From positions 69,215 through 133,214 of IMG/VR virus record IMGVR_UViG_3300036770_005816: a stretch of 64,000 nucleotides of DNA; one strand, given 5' to 3'. Source of the stretch: a virus. How positions within the stretch are numbered: the stretch's first letter is position 1; every line of letters starts with the position of its first letter. The notes below the pieces were generated by a model. It saw only the letters and a list, made by a program, of their open reading frames with translations, was not told the DNA's origin and made no database searches. Both the position numbers and the translations under genes were made by a program. Positions 18,364-27,722 of this stretch are shown in pieces.

Positions 18364-18499
18364 AGTCCCGCGCGAAGACGCGCGAATGCGGGACTGCCAC
18401 CCCCGCGATGAAACAACGGGACTGTTTGTGTGGCGCGCGTTTGTTTGCTTTTGCCGACCGCGCGCGAGTGCGGGCGACCCATTGACGGTGGCGGATAGC
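18364..18499 (+). repeat. polar composite element copy
   Basis: AGTCCCGC 18364; RCGGGACT 18388 and 18416; GACGGTGGCGGATAGC 18484. Confidence 0.7.
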
Positions 18500-18556
18500 C
18501 GTGCGCAGCGCGATGCGGGCGCACCCGTTAGGGATACGCCCGCAAGTGTCGCGGTG

Positions 18557-18880
18557 TCAGTTCGCTGACTTATCCACGAAGTATTCGGGGTAATGGTTCT
18601 CGACCTGCCCGTCGCTATCGGGGTTAGCGACTTCGTACGCGTTCAGGTAAAGAGTGCCGTCCTTGACACCTTCGCCTTCGTTGCCGTCGCTGTCTACCGT
18701 GTGGTAGGTCTCTTCGCGAAGGTCTACGACGATTACTTCGTCGTGTACGCGGTTGCCGTCTGCGTCCTTCTTCGCGATAGCGATGACGACCATCGCGCCT
18801 TCGCGCACCGCGCCTTCGTCGATGACTGCGCGGACTACGGTCTTACCGCACTCCATTTCCTTGATGCTTGTGACTGTCAT
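18557..18880 (-). CDS. hypothetical protein
   Basis: preceded by cassette promoter and hairpin. Confidence 0.7.
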   Translation of the reverse strand: MTVTSIKEMECGKTVVRAVIDEGAVREGAMVVIAIAKKDADGNRVHDEVIVVDLREETYHTVDSDGNEGEGVKDGTLYLNAYEVANPDSDGQVENHYPEYFVDKSAN

Positions 18881-18996
18881 TTCGGTATTCCCTTCTCCCC
18901 GTGTGGGGGTTGTTGTTGTTGTTAGTTACGCACGATGTGTTCGGTGGTGTGATGTGACGGGTGCGCGCCCCACCTTGACGCGCACCCGTCGTTAGT

Positions 18997-19299
18997 TCAC
19001 TTGTTGTTCGGTCGTCTGCCGATAGCACCGCGCACTTCGCGCACCTTCGGGGTGCTCGGTGTGTTGAGCAACCACTCGCCTGCCGTTCGGTACGCGTTCA
19101 GGTATCCGCCGTCCACGATGCCACTCGTGAGTCGGATTAGTCCGTTGACATACTCCGCTTCGGTGACATCTAGGTCTTCGAACTCGACGCTACCGCTCAG
19201 GTAGTCACTCCACGCGTTGACGATGATGTCACGCCCGTAAAGTTCTCCGATGCCGATGTAGTTGTCTGCGATGACTTCATCTAGTGAGAAGTCTCTCAT
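18997..19299 (-). CDS. hypothetical protein
   Basis: start MRDFSL after cassette leader with AAGGAG RBS. Confidence 0.65.
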   Translation of the reverse strand: MRDFSLDEVIADNYIGIGELYGRDIIVNAWSDYLSGSVEFEDLDVTEAEYVNGLIRLTSGIVDGGYLNAYRTAGEWLLNTPSTPKVREVRGAIGRRPNNK

Positions 19300-19387
19300 G
19301 TGTTGTCTCCTTCTCCCCGTTCGGGGTGTTGTTGTTGATAGTGATACGCACGGAACACCATCAAGTGTGATGCTCCGTGCGCGTGGT

Positions 19388-19768
19388 TCACTTGCTTGCG
19401 TGTTGCTCGGTGAGCGCGTGCCACCTTGCGTACCGCTCGTCTGAGTTGAGTAGCGCGAGCGTCTCCGCTTCGTATGCGAGCAACGCCTTCGGGGAGTATC
19501 GCGCGACCTGACGGGTCGGGAGATACTCGTACACCGCTTCTTCGCCGAATAGCGCGAACTCGGTGACTTCGTAGCCACCGCCGTCGCGATAGACGGACTC
19601 ACGAAGAACCGCCATGAATCGCTTGCGGTCTGCGTCGTGGTGAATGTCGAGCGTCACCTGCTTGCGGTTGCCGTCCGCGTCGGGTTGCGCTTCGGGGTTG
19701 CGCCAACGGTAGACGACTTCGCGCTTGCCAAGTCGCTCCCTTCGCTCCGAGCCGATGATGATAGTCAT
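19388..19768 (-). CDS. hypothetical protein
   Basis: preceded by full cassette. Confidence 0.7.
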   Translation of the reverse strand: MTIIIGSERRERLGKREVVYRWRNPEAQPDADGNRKQVTLDIHHDADRKRFMAVLRESVYRDGGGYEVTEFALFGEEAVYEYLPTRQVARYSPKALLAYEAETLALLNSDERYARWHALTEQHASK

Positions 19769-19868
19769 TTCTTATTCCCTTCTCCGACTTGTGTCGGGCT
19801 AGTAGTTGGTTATTACATTACGCACGGGGTGTAGCAGGGTGTGACATCGCACCCTGCCCACCTTCGGT

Positions 19869-20186
19869 TCATTCGTGCCACGCTCCGCACTCAGGACAAC
19901 CGCCGACCGCGTACGGGTTGTCGCACTCGTAGCACGCTTGCGCTCCGCGTTCGTCGTCCGAATCTTCGTCGGATTCGTCACCGAGTCCGTCGACATTCAC
20001 CCATGCGAGCACGGTGCGAAGTAGGTTGTCGTAATCTCCGCTTGTCGCTTCTGCCCTGAACGCATCGACTTCGGATTCGCTGATTCCTGCGCGACTCATC
20101 GCACGGGTGACGCGACCGAGAATCGAGAACGCGTTGCCGTCTTCGCCAACGAGTTGCACATTCACTTCGGGATACTTCGGATTCAT
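19869..20186 (-). CDS. hypothetical protein (LVGEDGNAFSILG type) with C-terminal Zn ribbon
   Basis: recognisable small phage/mobile-element sequence pattern; CYEC...CPEC; full cassette upstream. Confidence 0.7.
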   Translation of the reverse strand: MNPKYPEVNVQLVGEDGNAFSILGRVTRAMSRAGISESEVDAFRAEATSGDYDNLLRTVLAWVNVDGLGDESDEDSDDERGAQACYECDNPYAVGGCPECGAWHE

Positions 20187-20307
20187 TACCTATCTCCTTC
20201 TCCGACTGTCGTCGGTTCTAGTAGTTGATACACATAGTACGCACGGGGTGTTACATAGTGTGACATCGCGTGTGATGCGACCTGCGTCACATTGGGTACA
20301 CGGGTGC

Positions 20308-20377
20308 TCGACCGAGCGACCGACCGACCGAGCGGGCGACCGAGCGGGCGACCGACCGAGCGACCGACCGAGCGAGC
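20308..20377 (+). repeat. low-complexity CGAC/CGAG/CGGG tetramer tract
   Basis: CGACCGAGCGACCGACCGACCGAGCGGGCGACCGAGCGGGCG... Confidence 0.7.
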
Positions 20378-20403
20378 AGACGCACGCGCGCGCACGCGCG
20401 GGG

Positions 20404-20497
20404 AGTCCCGCGATGGTTTCGCGGGCGCGGGACTGTGCGTGTGGGGCGCACCCAAAGATGTGAGAGATGAACAAGTTTCCCGACGGTGGCGGAAAGC
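20404..20497 (+). repeat. polar composite element copy
   Basis: AGTCCCGC 20404; GCGGGACT 20427; GACGGTGGCGGAAAGC 20482. Confidence 0.75.
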
Positions 20498-20707
20498 CGG
20501 TAGCCGGCGCAGCGTGATGTTCGGAAAGTTTGATTTCTGTGTGACCCCGATGTACACACGGCGTGTACTCAGATGTGACGACTGTCTCTTGACTTGCCGT
20601 GTCTATTACCCTATTATGTAAGTAGCAGGTGAGACAACCATGTCACACCCCGCTCGTATTGTGCGTAATAGAAGTATCAACCACCGAGCCACTACTAGGA
20701 GAAACAA

Positions 20708-21127
20708 ATGGATACAACCGAAACAAACAACGAAGTCGCAGAAGCGACACGCATCTTGGCGGAAGCGATTAGCGAGTACGGCAGACCCGTCTACATCGTC
20801 AAAGTTCCTTCCCGTATTCAGCATCTCGTTCCGTTGGCAGTACGCAAAGAACTTCTCGCTAACTCCAAACTCAGCGAAGGTTGGGTACGCGACAACGACG
20901 GTTGCTACTACAAAGGTCGACCCGACAACAAGAGCATTATTCTCGCATGGGCGAAAGAGAACCTTTACCAACAAGTCACAACGAAAGACATCGCAGAAGC
21001 GACAGGCGTACCGATACACACCGTACGCACGGTCGTTGGCGACCGACCTGACATCTTCCGCGAGAGCGACGGGTGGACATACGAAGTCCGCGACCCGCAG
21101 GCAGACCGAAAGGCGGAGAAGAAATGA
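20708..21127 (+). CDS. putative HTH DNA-binding protein
   Basis: VTTKDIAEATGVPIHTVRTVV helix-turn-helix-like; cassette upstream (20643). Confidence 0.65.
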   Translation: MDTTETNNEVAEATRILAEAISEYGRPVYIVKVPSRIQHLVPLAVRKELLANSKLSEGWVRDNDGCYYKGRPDNKSIILAWAKENLYQQVTTKDIAEATGVPIHTVRTVVGDRPDIFRESDGWTYEVRDPQADRKAEKK

Positions 21128-21294
21128 GCAACACCAAACACGCTTGGGAGTTGGATTATGTCCACTCCGTATTTCAGGAGTTAGAAGCGCAAGGGGTAGC
21201 ACTACCGATAGGTGACTACGGCATCGTCTACCGATACATAGAGGACGCTCGCGAAGTGTTCCTATCGGAAGAAGACACCGCGTCACACCCCTGA
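21124..21294 (+). CDS. hypothetical protein
   Basis: ATGA overlap, GGAG RBS. Confidence 0.55.
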   Translation: MSNTKHAWELDYVHSVFQELEAQGVALPIGDYGIVYRYIEDAREVFLSEEDTASHP

Positions 21295-21358
21295 GTTATC
21301 GTGCGTAGTAATAACAACACCTACTAGCCCGACCGAGAGGTCGGAGAAAGAGCAAATA

Positions 21359-21658
21359 ATGAACAGCATAGACAAATGGGAACAAGCGTTCCTGTTCTAC
21401 AACTTGGAGGACAACACTTGGGTCGCGTACGAAACGCTACCCCCGAACCACTCGCTCACCGCAGGTGAGGAGGAGAACACCCATGCGTTCGTGGACATCT
21501 CCCATTGGACACAAGCAGACCTTGACGAGTTTGACAAGTCCGAGGAGTTGGAACGACTCACGATTATTGAGTCGTTGGAGTTCACCGAGTTCAGCAAGCA
21601 GATGCGTGAGCATGGCTCAGGCGCAGGCATCGTGTTCGGTATGGGGGGTAGCAAGTGA
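21359..21658 (+). CDS. hypothetical protein
   Basis: full cassette upstream (21283-21358). Confidence 0.7.
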   Translation: MNSIDKWEQAFLFYNLEDNTWVAYETLPPNHSLTAGEEENTHAFVDISHWTQADLDEFDKSEELERLTIIESLEFTEFSKQMREHGSGAGIVFGMGGSK

Positions 21659-22110
21659 TTACCACCCAATACCACCTTCCCATTGAGGACGACAACAAGA
21701 AACCGATGCGCGACTCGGCGTTCTTCGTCGGCGACTACGGACACGAACTCGTGGCAACCGTGACCGACAAGACGCAAGACAGAACTATCTCCGTCTACTG
21801 CGACGGCGAGATGCGTATCCACTTGTGGGAAACGAAAGAGGCGCGCGACCGAGGTGACGACCCCGAAGTCATCAGGTATGTGGACAGGCTGTTGGAAGCA
21901 GGTCTCACGAACGACGAACTTCTCGCGAAAGCGAACGAGGAGGAGCGTTTGGAGTGGGTGAACAACACTTGGTTCGACCTGTACGCAGACGCACCAAACG
22001 ACCCTGAGCAGGGTTGGCTCAACGCTGTACACCACGACATCGTGGAAGCAGTAGAGCAGGCTCAGGCACTTATCAACGACGAAGAAACATGGAAGGAACT
22101 CAACAAATGA
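21655..22110 (+). CDS. hypothetical protein
   Basis: GTGA overlap; acidic 151 aa. Confidence 0.65.
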   Translation: MITTQYHLPIEDDNKKPMRDSAFFVGDYGHELVATVTDKTQDRTISVYCDGEMRIHLWETKEARDRGDDPEVIRYVDRLLEAGLTNDELLAKANEEERLEWVNNTWFDLYADAPNDPEQGWLNAVHHDIVEAVEQAQALINDEETWKELNK

Positions 22111-22379
22111 AGATTTCAGACATCGTAGAACACCTGCAAGAGAAGTATTCACCGAACGAGGAAATCGTCATCGCATGGTGGGACAGAGACCTGTTCCCCA
22201 AGTATGACCCCGACAAGGACGACGACATACCGCTCACAAAGAAGGAGTGGACTCGCGCGTTGGAACTCATGGCGCGTGATTCGTCGGCGTGGTCAGACAA
22301 CATCTCGGAGAAGATGTACGACTTCATCAAGTACTACACGGAGAAAGCAACAGAACAACTAGCAGAGGAGAACAAGTAA
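22107..22379 (+). CDS. hypothetical protein
   Basis: ATGA overlap. Confidence 0.6.
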   Translation: MKISDIVEHLQEKYSPNEEIVIAWWDRDLFPKYDPDKDDDIPLTKKEWTRALELMARDSSAWSDNISEKMYDFIKYYTEKATEQLAEENK

Positions 22380-22618
22380 TGAGTAATCAACATCAGCACA
22401 CCGAGCACTACTTCGTGGTGGTCGGCATCGCAGACGAGGAAGGCAACATCTCGTTTCGCATAGACGGCGATACGGCGCAGGCTCGTTTCCCCGAAGGTTG
22501 TATTTGGACGGGAGACGAGTGGATTTCCGCTACACCAAGCGAGGAGTGGCTGTTGGAACGCGACAACGCGATTATCAAGGCTCTCGACGACAAGTTCGAC
22601 AAAGAGGTGAAGGTATGA
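22379..22618 (+). CDS. hypothetical protein
   Basis: TAATG coupling, GAGGAG RBS. Confidence 0.6.
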   Translation: MSNQHQHTEHYFVVVGIADEEGNISFRIDGDTAQARFPEGCIWTGDEWISATPSEEWLLERDNAIIKALDDKFDKEVKV

Positions 22619-22794
22619 CCAAGAAGAAAGAAACACGCAAAGAACTCGACCCCGTGTTTGACGCGCGAGGAAACCGTGTGTGCGCTATGGAAGGTTGCGT
22701 CACACGACTCTCCAAATACAACGACCATGTTGTGTGTCGCGCTCACACCGTTGAGTATGCGATAAACTATTTACCGATAGAGGAACCTGTATGA
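22615..22794 (+). CDS. small zinc-binding protein
   Basis: RVCAMEGC..RLSKYN...VCRAH. Confidence 0.6.
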   Translation: MTKKKETRKELDPVFDARGNRVCAMEGCVTRLSKYNDHVVCRAHTVEYAINYLPIEEPV

Positions 22795-22952
22795 CCGAGC
22801 AAAGCAAGGCAACAGAACTTGTGGACAACGCTTTGAGAGAAATCTCAGGGCGCGACTTGGTATCCGCTAAGGAGATGACCGACCTGCTGTTGGACATCAG
22901 GCTGTACCTGATGAGCGAGGGCGAGAAAGCAAGCACGACACTAACCGAGTAA
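22791..22952 (+). CDS. small hypothetical protein
   Basis: read manually; ATGA overlap. Confidence 0.5.
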   Translation: MTEQSKATELVDNALREISGRDLVSAKEMTDLLLDIRLYLMSEGEKASTTLTE

Positions 22953-22962
22953 GGTGTAGGGC

Positions 22963-23160
22963 GTGAAAGTGACCTGTACCCTGTGTGGGGACGAACTAGA
23001 CACCGCGACTATGGCGACCGTAGTGAAGGTCGTCGGGTGGGTTGAGTGGAAAGGCGACCGCGTTGTCGGCTCAGTCAAGAACCCTTCTGCCCCCGTCGGC
23101 TACGCACACAAGATGTGTGTCGACTCTCCACAGTCCCGAGACCAAATCACCCTGTTCTGA
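22963..23160 (+). CDS. small zinc-binding protein
   Basis: CTLC...HKMC. Confidence 0.55.
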   Translation: MKVTCTLCGDELDTATMATVVKVVGWVEWKGDRVVGSVKNPSAPVGYAHKMCVDSPQSRDQITLF

Positions 23161-23166
23161 CTTGTG

Positions 23167-23288
23167 AGTCCCGCGTTTCGCGCGCGGTAGCGGGGCTGTT
23201 GTGTGTGTGCTTGTGGTGCGGGACTTCTCGCGGGCGGGCGCGCCTGCGCGTGCGCGTGTGTGCGTGTTTCGTGACGGTGGCGGAAAGC
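23167..23288 (+). repeat. polar composite element copy
   Basis: AGTCCCGC 23167; GCGGGACT 23218; GACGGTGGCGGAAAGC 23273. Confidence 0.75.
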
Positions 23289-23369
23289 GAGCGCAGGTCG
23301 GGTTTGTTGGTGCGTTTGTTACCGTTCGGTAACTTACCGCTCGGTAACTTCGGTGTGACGAGCGTCTCT

Positions 23370-23562
23370 TGACTTCTCATCACACTTGCCGTATTATTGT
23401 GCGTAGTAATAGTGCCACCGAGTGGTGGGGACAGAAACGGGAAACCGTGTAACACCCCTTCCCTAATGTGGATAGCAAGAAGGACATCACACGAACGAAA
23501 GTTCGTGCGTAATAGAGATACAAACTACTAGCCGACGAAAGTCGGGAAAGGCAAGAAACAAA
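23370..23562 (+). promoter_or_regulatory. stacked promoter-like motifs plus hairpin leader
   Basis: two TCACAC-N12/13-GTGCGTA motifs, GAAACCGTGTAACACCCC..TAATGT, ACTACTAG CCGAC-GAAA-GTCGG. Confidence 0.75.
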
Positions 23563-23967
23563 ATGAAGCACAACATCACGGCTCTCACGAGCGACTATCT
23601 CGCAAAGCGCGAGGCGGTGGAGACCGCAGAGAAGGCTCTCGCGCAAGCGGAGGCTCTCTTGAAGCAATCGTTCGCACAGAACGGTGTGGACTTCAACATC
23701 GTGAACGGCAAGAAAGTGTCGCTCATCAAGTCAATCCGAAACACTTACAGCGTGGAAGCGTTGAAGGGTCTCGTGTCCGACAAACTATTCAAGAAGGTCA
23801 CGAAGGTCACGGTTGACGGAACGAAGTTCAAGTCGGCGGTCGCTCTCGGAGACATCAAGCACGATGTCGCAGGCGCGGTCACGACCGAGACCGAGGTCGA
23901 GGCAATCCGCGTGTACGAAGTGGACGCGCAAGGCGCGGAAGTCAAGAAGGCGCGAAAGGTTGCGTGA
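23563..23967 (+). CDS. hypothetical protein (coiled-coil N-terminus; Gam/gp157-like possible)
   Basis: 134 aa; family assignment tentative. Confidence 0.65.
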   Translation: MKHNITALTSDYLAKREAVETAEKALAQAEALLKQSFAQNGVDFNIVNGKKVSLIKSIRNTYSVEALKGLVSDKLFKKVTKVTVDGTKFKSAVALGDIKHDVAGAVTTETEVEAIRVYEVDAQGAEVKKARKVA

Positions 23968-24129
23968 ACTAGGCACGGTGTGGGGGGTCAATCCCCCCAC
24001 GAAACCGTGTAACACCCCTGCCGTAAGGTGGTGGTCAGAAAGCAAGACACACGAACGAAAGTTCGTGCGTAGTAATACCAACACAAACTACTAGCCCGAC
24101 AAAAGTCGGAGAAAGAAAAAGAGATAACA

Positions 24130-24867
24130 ATGGCTAATCAAGCAAAGGGTCGTCAAGACCTTCCACAATGTTGGAAGGATGTTGAGGACGCAATCAACGC
24201 AGGTGTTGACCGCATCATCTTGTTCGGTCCCCCAGGGACAGGCAAGACCTACGCAGGTCTCAACTACGGAGATGTCAACGCAGGCGCGTGGAGACTCATC
24301 TGCACCGAGGACATGACCAACGCGGATGTGACAGGACACTTCTTCCCGAACGCGCAAGGCGCGTGGACTTGGAACGAAGGCTCCGCTATCAAGGCGTGGC
24401 AGGGCGACGGTGAACGCGGTGGTCGTCTCGTTGTTGACGAGATTGACAAGGCAGGTGGCGATGTGTTCGCAACCTTGCTCGCGATGACCGACTCACCTGA
24501 GTCAGCGAAGTGGGAGCATCCTGAGAACGGTCGCATCGTGCGACCGCGCGACGGTTTCTCGGTCATCATGACCACGAACATTGAGCAAATGGATGAACTA
24601 CCTGAGGCGTTGAAGGACAGGTTCCCTGTCGCAATCCGCATCAACCAACCGCATCCTGACGCATTGGAAAAACTCTCTCCCGACCTACGCAACTACGCGG
24701 TGCGTATGGCAGACGCAGGGGAACGGCGCATCTCGCTCCGAACCTTCTATGCGTTTGACAAACTCCGCAAGTCGTTGGGCGACGAGGAAGGCGCACGACT
24801 CGTGTTCGGCAAGAACGCAAAGTCGGTGTTGGACGCAATCGCGATTGACAAGTTGGAGGTGAAGTGA
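24130..24867 (+). CDS. MoxR/CbbQ/CobS-like AAA+ ATPase
   Basis: Walker A GPPGTGKT, Walker B LVVDEID, sensor MTTN, ALKDRF, ISLR. Confidence 0.9.
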   Translation: MANQAKGRQDLPQCWKDVEDAINAGVDRIILFGPPGTGKTYAGLNYGDVNAGAWRLICTEDMTNADVTGHFFPNAQGAWTWNEGSAIKAWQGDGERGGRLVVDEIDKAGGDVFATLLAMTDSPESAKWEHPENGRIVRPRDGFSVIMTTNIEQMDELPEALKDRFPVAIRINQPHPDALEKLSPDLRNYAVRMADAGERRISLRTFYAFDKLRKSLGDEEGARLVFGKNAKSVLDAIAIDKLEVK

Positions 24868-26399
24868 TGACCGCGACAAACTTGCACAACCGTCCTCTCC
24901 CCGAACTCTTGGGGAGAAAGGACAAGGCAGATGACCTCGGAGCATGGGCAATCAAAGAGTGCAAACCTGTTCGTGGCGCACCGATGACGAGTGTCGTTGA
25001 CCGCGTGATGAATGTTCCGCACGGCGACGAGGCACTTGACCGCGTGGTTCGCGCTCACGAGATGGTTCACGCGAAGGTGTCCCCTGCGGATGACTTCCCG
25101 AAGTGGATTGAGCGCGGTATCGCTACCGAGACCGCGTTGCGAACCGTTGAGGAAGTGCGCGTCAACTACCTTGTCAAGAAGGCAGGGTTCGATGTTTCAA
25201 TCCTCGCAGACGGTTCCGAACTTTCGTCAGGTGTTCTGCTCGCAGAACGCAACGATTGGGCATCGTGTGTCTACACGGCGGTCGGTTACGCAATCTGCGG
25301 AGGTGGCAAAGACTTCTTGACAGGTGTTCGTCGCGTCAATCGTGCGTGGGGCGCAACCTTGCGCGACATCGTGAAGCGTGTTGAGAAAGAGATGAAAGAC
25401 GCAGACAAGGGTGGTGACTTGGCATCAACAGAAGTTGACGCTCGCACAGGTCTTGCTCCGCGCGGTTTCTCTCACACGGAACGCATCGCGGAGTGGGTTG
25501 ACCGTCTCGCTAATCCCCCAAAGGATGAGGACGAGAACGGCGAGGAGAACGGCGACGAGAACGGCGACGCTCAGGGCGACGCTCAGGACGGCGACGGTAC
25601 TCAGGAAGGCGAAGGCAAAGAGACTCGCAAGAAAGGCAACGGTGCGAACAACGCGAAGCAAGGCGACAAACCTGCTCCGATTGACCCGAAGCAAATAAAT
25701 CCTGCGGGTCGCGAGAGGGGTGCAATCCCAACTTGGGGCAAACTCATCACGCACAAACTTCCGTTGACTCGTCGCGCTAAGGGCGGTCTCGGTCGCAAGC
25801 GAACGGCGAACAACATCGGTCGCAATCCGCGTCGCATCGGCAACGCGCTCGTTGACCCTGAGCGTCGCGTCTTTGACAAACAAACCAAAGGCAACGGCGG
25901 TGTCGTGTTGATTGACGGAAGTGGCTCGATGTCGCTCTCGCACAAAGACATTCTCACGATTACTGAGAACGCACCAGGTTGCACGGTCGCGGTGTATTCC
26001 GCAGACAGGGACAATGTGAAACCGAACTTGCTAATCCTCGCGGAGAAGGGTCGCATGGTTGACAAACTTCCCGACCGCAACGGTGGCAACGGAGTGGACG
26101 GAGAAGCAATCCGTTGGGCAATCAAGCAACGGCAACGCTCGTCAACTCCTGTCGTTTGGATTACGGACGGACAAGTTCACGGTCTCGGCAACGGCGGTCA
26201 ATGGGGTGGCTATCACGACATCCTCGCAATGGATTGCGTGACGCAAGCGTTGAAGGGCAATGTGTTCGTTGCACCTGATGTCGCGCGAGGCGTGGAAGTT
26301 CTCAAAGACTTGAAGAACGGACGCAAACCTCGCAAGTGGTATCCGTCTTGTTGGCAACAGACATACGAACGGCTAAACGGTCGGCGGTTGGGGAGATAA
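24864..26399 (+). CDS. VWA (MIDAS) domain protein with N-terminal HExxH motif (CobT/DUF2201-like AAA partner)
   Basis: HEMVH; acidic linker; LIDGSGSM...VVWITDG MIDAS. Confidence 0.8.
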   Translation: MMTATNLHNRPLPELLGRKDKADDLGAWAIKECKPVRGAPMTSVVDRVMNVPHGDEALDRVVRAHEMVHAKVSPADDFPKWIERGIATETALRTVEEVRVNYLVKKAGFDVSILADGSELSSGVLLAERNDWASCVYTAVGYAICGGGKDFLTGVRRVNRAWGATLRDIVKRVEKEMKDADKGGDLASTEVDARTGLAPRGFSHTERIAEWVDRLANPPKDEDENGEENGDENGDAQGDAQDGDGTQEGEGKETRKKGNGANNAKQGDKPAPIDPKQINPAGRERGAIPTWGKLITHKLPLTRRAKGGLGRKRTANNIGRNPRRIGNALVDPERRVFDKQTKGNGGVVLIDGSGSMSLSHKDILTITENAPGCTVAVYSADRDNVKPNLLILAEKGRMVDKLPDRNGGNGVDGEAIRWAIKQRQRSSTPVVWITDGQVHGLGNGGQWGGYHDILAMDCVTQALKGNVFVAPDVARGVEVLKDLKNGRKPRKWYPSCWQQTYERLNGRRLGR

Positions 26400-26549
26400 T
26401 CCCCAACTTGCCTTTCAGTCGCACACTACCAAGTGTGTTATTCTGAGAGACGAGCGAGAGGGGCTTTTTCATCTCCTTTCACCCTCGGTCGTTCCGACGA
26501 ACTCGGTGGCATCGTTCTAGTAGGCGATGTCCACCGAGTCTCGTTGTTT

Positions 26550-26759
26550 CTAGTCTCGTTTCCGTAAGCGCGTCGAGATACCCAAGTCAAAGTATCTGAC
26601 TGCGATGAAGCACAACGAAGCAACGAGCGAGTCAATCCACGAGACATTCACGCCGAGCGCGTTCAATCCGTGATAGACGAAAAAAGAAAAGAACGAAAGA
26701 CCCGCGACAAGTCCGAGAACGAAAGTGACAATCACACCAACAACTTTGGTGACGGTCAT
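26550..26759 (-). CDS. small membrane protein
   Basis: two hydrophobic helices; start uncertain. Confidence 0.55.
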   Translation of the reverse strand: MTVTKVVGVIVTFVLGLVAGLSFFSFFVYHGLNALGVNVSWIDSLVASLCFIAVRYFDLGISTRLRKRD

Positions 26760-26863
26760 ACGCTCACGAACATTGTCGTCTTGGTCGTACACTTGCGGAG
26801 TGTTGAAACGCGATGAGGCATCACCGCGACCATGTGCTGATGTTCTCCAACTTTCGTTAGGCA

Positions 26864-27244
26864 TCAACGAACCTTAGTTCGCTTCACAATCTGATGAACA
26901 CGCTGACGCGACAACTTGTATTTGGTCGCTAGGTCGCGCGCTGATGTGCCTTCCTGATACTCGCTCGCGATACGCGCATCACGCTCAGGATTGTCATGTT
27001 TCCCAGGTTTCTGCTTGTCCCATTCCCAACCTGCGAACGCTGAGAGTTGCTCAACGCGCTCACGCGCGAGCCTTCCCTGTCGCTTCTGCTGTCGGTTGTA
27101 GGCGACCCACGCGCCGAGAGCGATGTTCCTGCCACCGACCTGCTCAATGTGAGTGGTCGGAACGAGCGCGGTTCCCGTCCTGTTCGCGTATTGCGTCAAT
27201 GCTTGAAGGTGGATGTTCCAACGGTCTGTTCTGCTGAATGTCAT
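26864..27244 (-). CDS. helicase-associated (HA) domain + HTH protein
   Basis: W...LQAL..Y....G...VP...LGAWV..NR...L.....L....GWEW (HA) then SARDLATKYKLSRQRVHQIV. Confidence 0.8.
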   Translation of the reverse strand: MTFSRTDRWNIHLQALTQYANRTGTALVPTTHIEQVGGRNIALGAWVAYNRQQKRQGRLARERVEQLSAFAGWEWDKQKPGKHDNPERDARIASEYQEGTSARDLATKYKLSRQRVHQIVKRTKVR

Positions 27245-27285
27245 AGTCAAGACATTAGTTGACCGAACAGGTGTTCGGTCGCAAT

Positions 27286-27542
27286 AGTCCCGCCACTTCT
27301 TCAAGAGTGGGCGGACTTCATAGTCCCGCTTCATGCGCCCGACGAGCGGTTTGGCGGGACTGCGTCTGCTTGTTTTGGGGCGGGACTTTCGGGTGGTGGT
27401 GCGGGGGCGGGTTTTCATTTGTTCGACGGTAGCGGAAAGCGGGCTGTTGGCGACGGGGGTCCTCTGTTTGTGTGTGAGAAAGTCGTTTTTTGTTTGGGTT
27501 GTGTGTGGGGGTTCGTCGGAGTTCTTGACGGTGGCGGAAAGC
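27286..27542 (+). repeat. polar composite element copy (two 16-mers)
   Basis: AGTCCCGC 27286 and 27322; GCGGGACT 27354 and 27380; 16-mers at 27425 (variant) and 27527. Confidence 0.75.
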
Positions 27543-27722
27543 GTCCAAGTTTGGATTGAGTCCAAACTTTTATTGAGTCAAGGGGGTTGACTTCAGGTCA
27601 CAATGTCCGTATTATGGTGCGTAGTAATAGCGACAACCGAACGACAGGGAAACCGTATTACACCCCTACCGTAAGGTGGTCAACATAAAGCAACACACAA
27701 CACACATGGAGGTACTAAAGAA

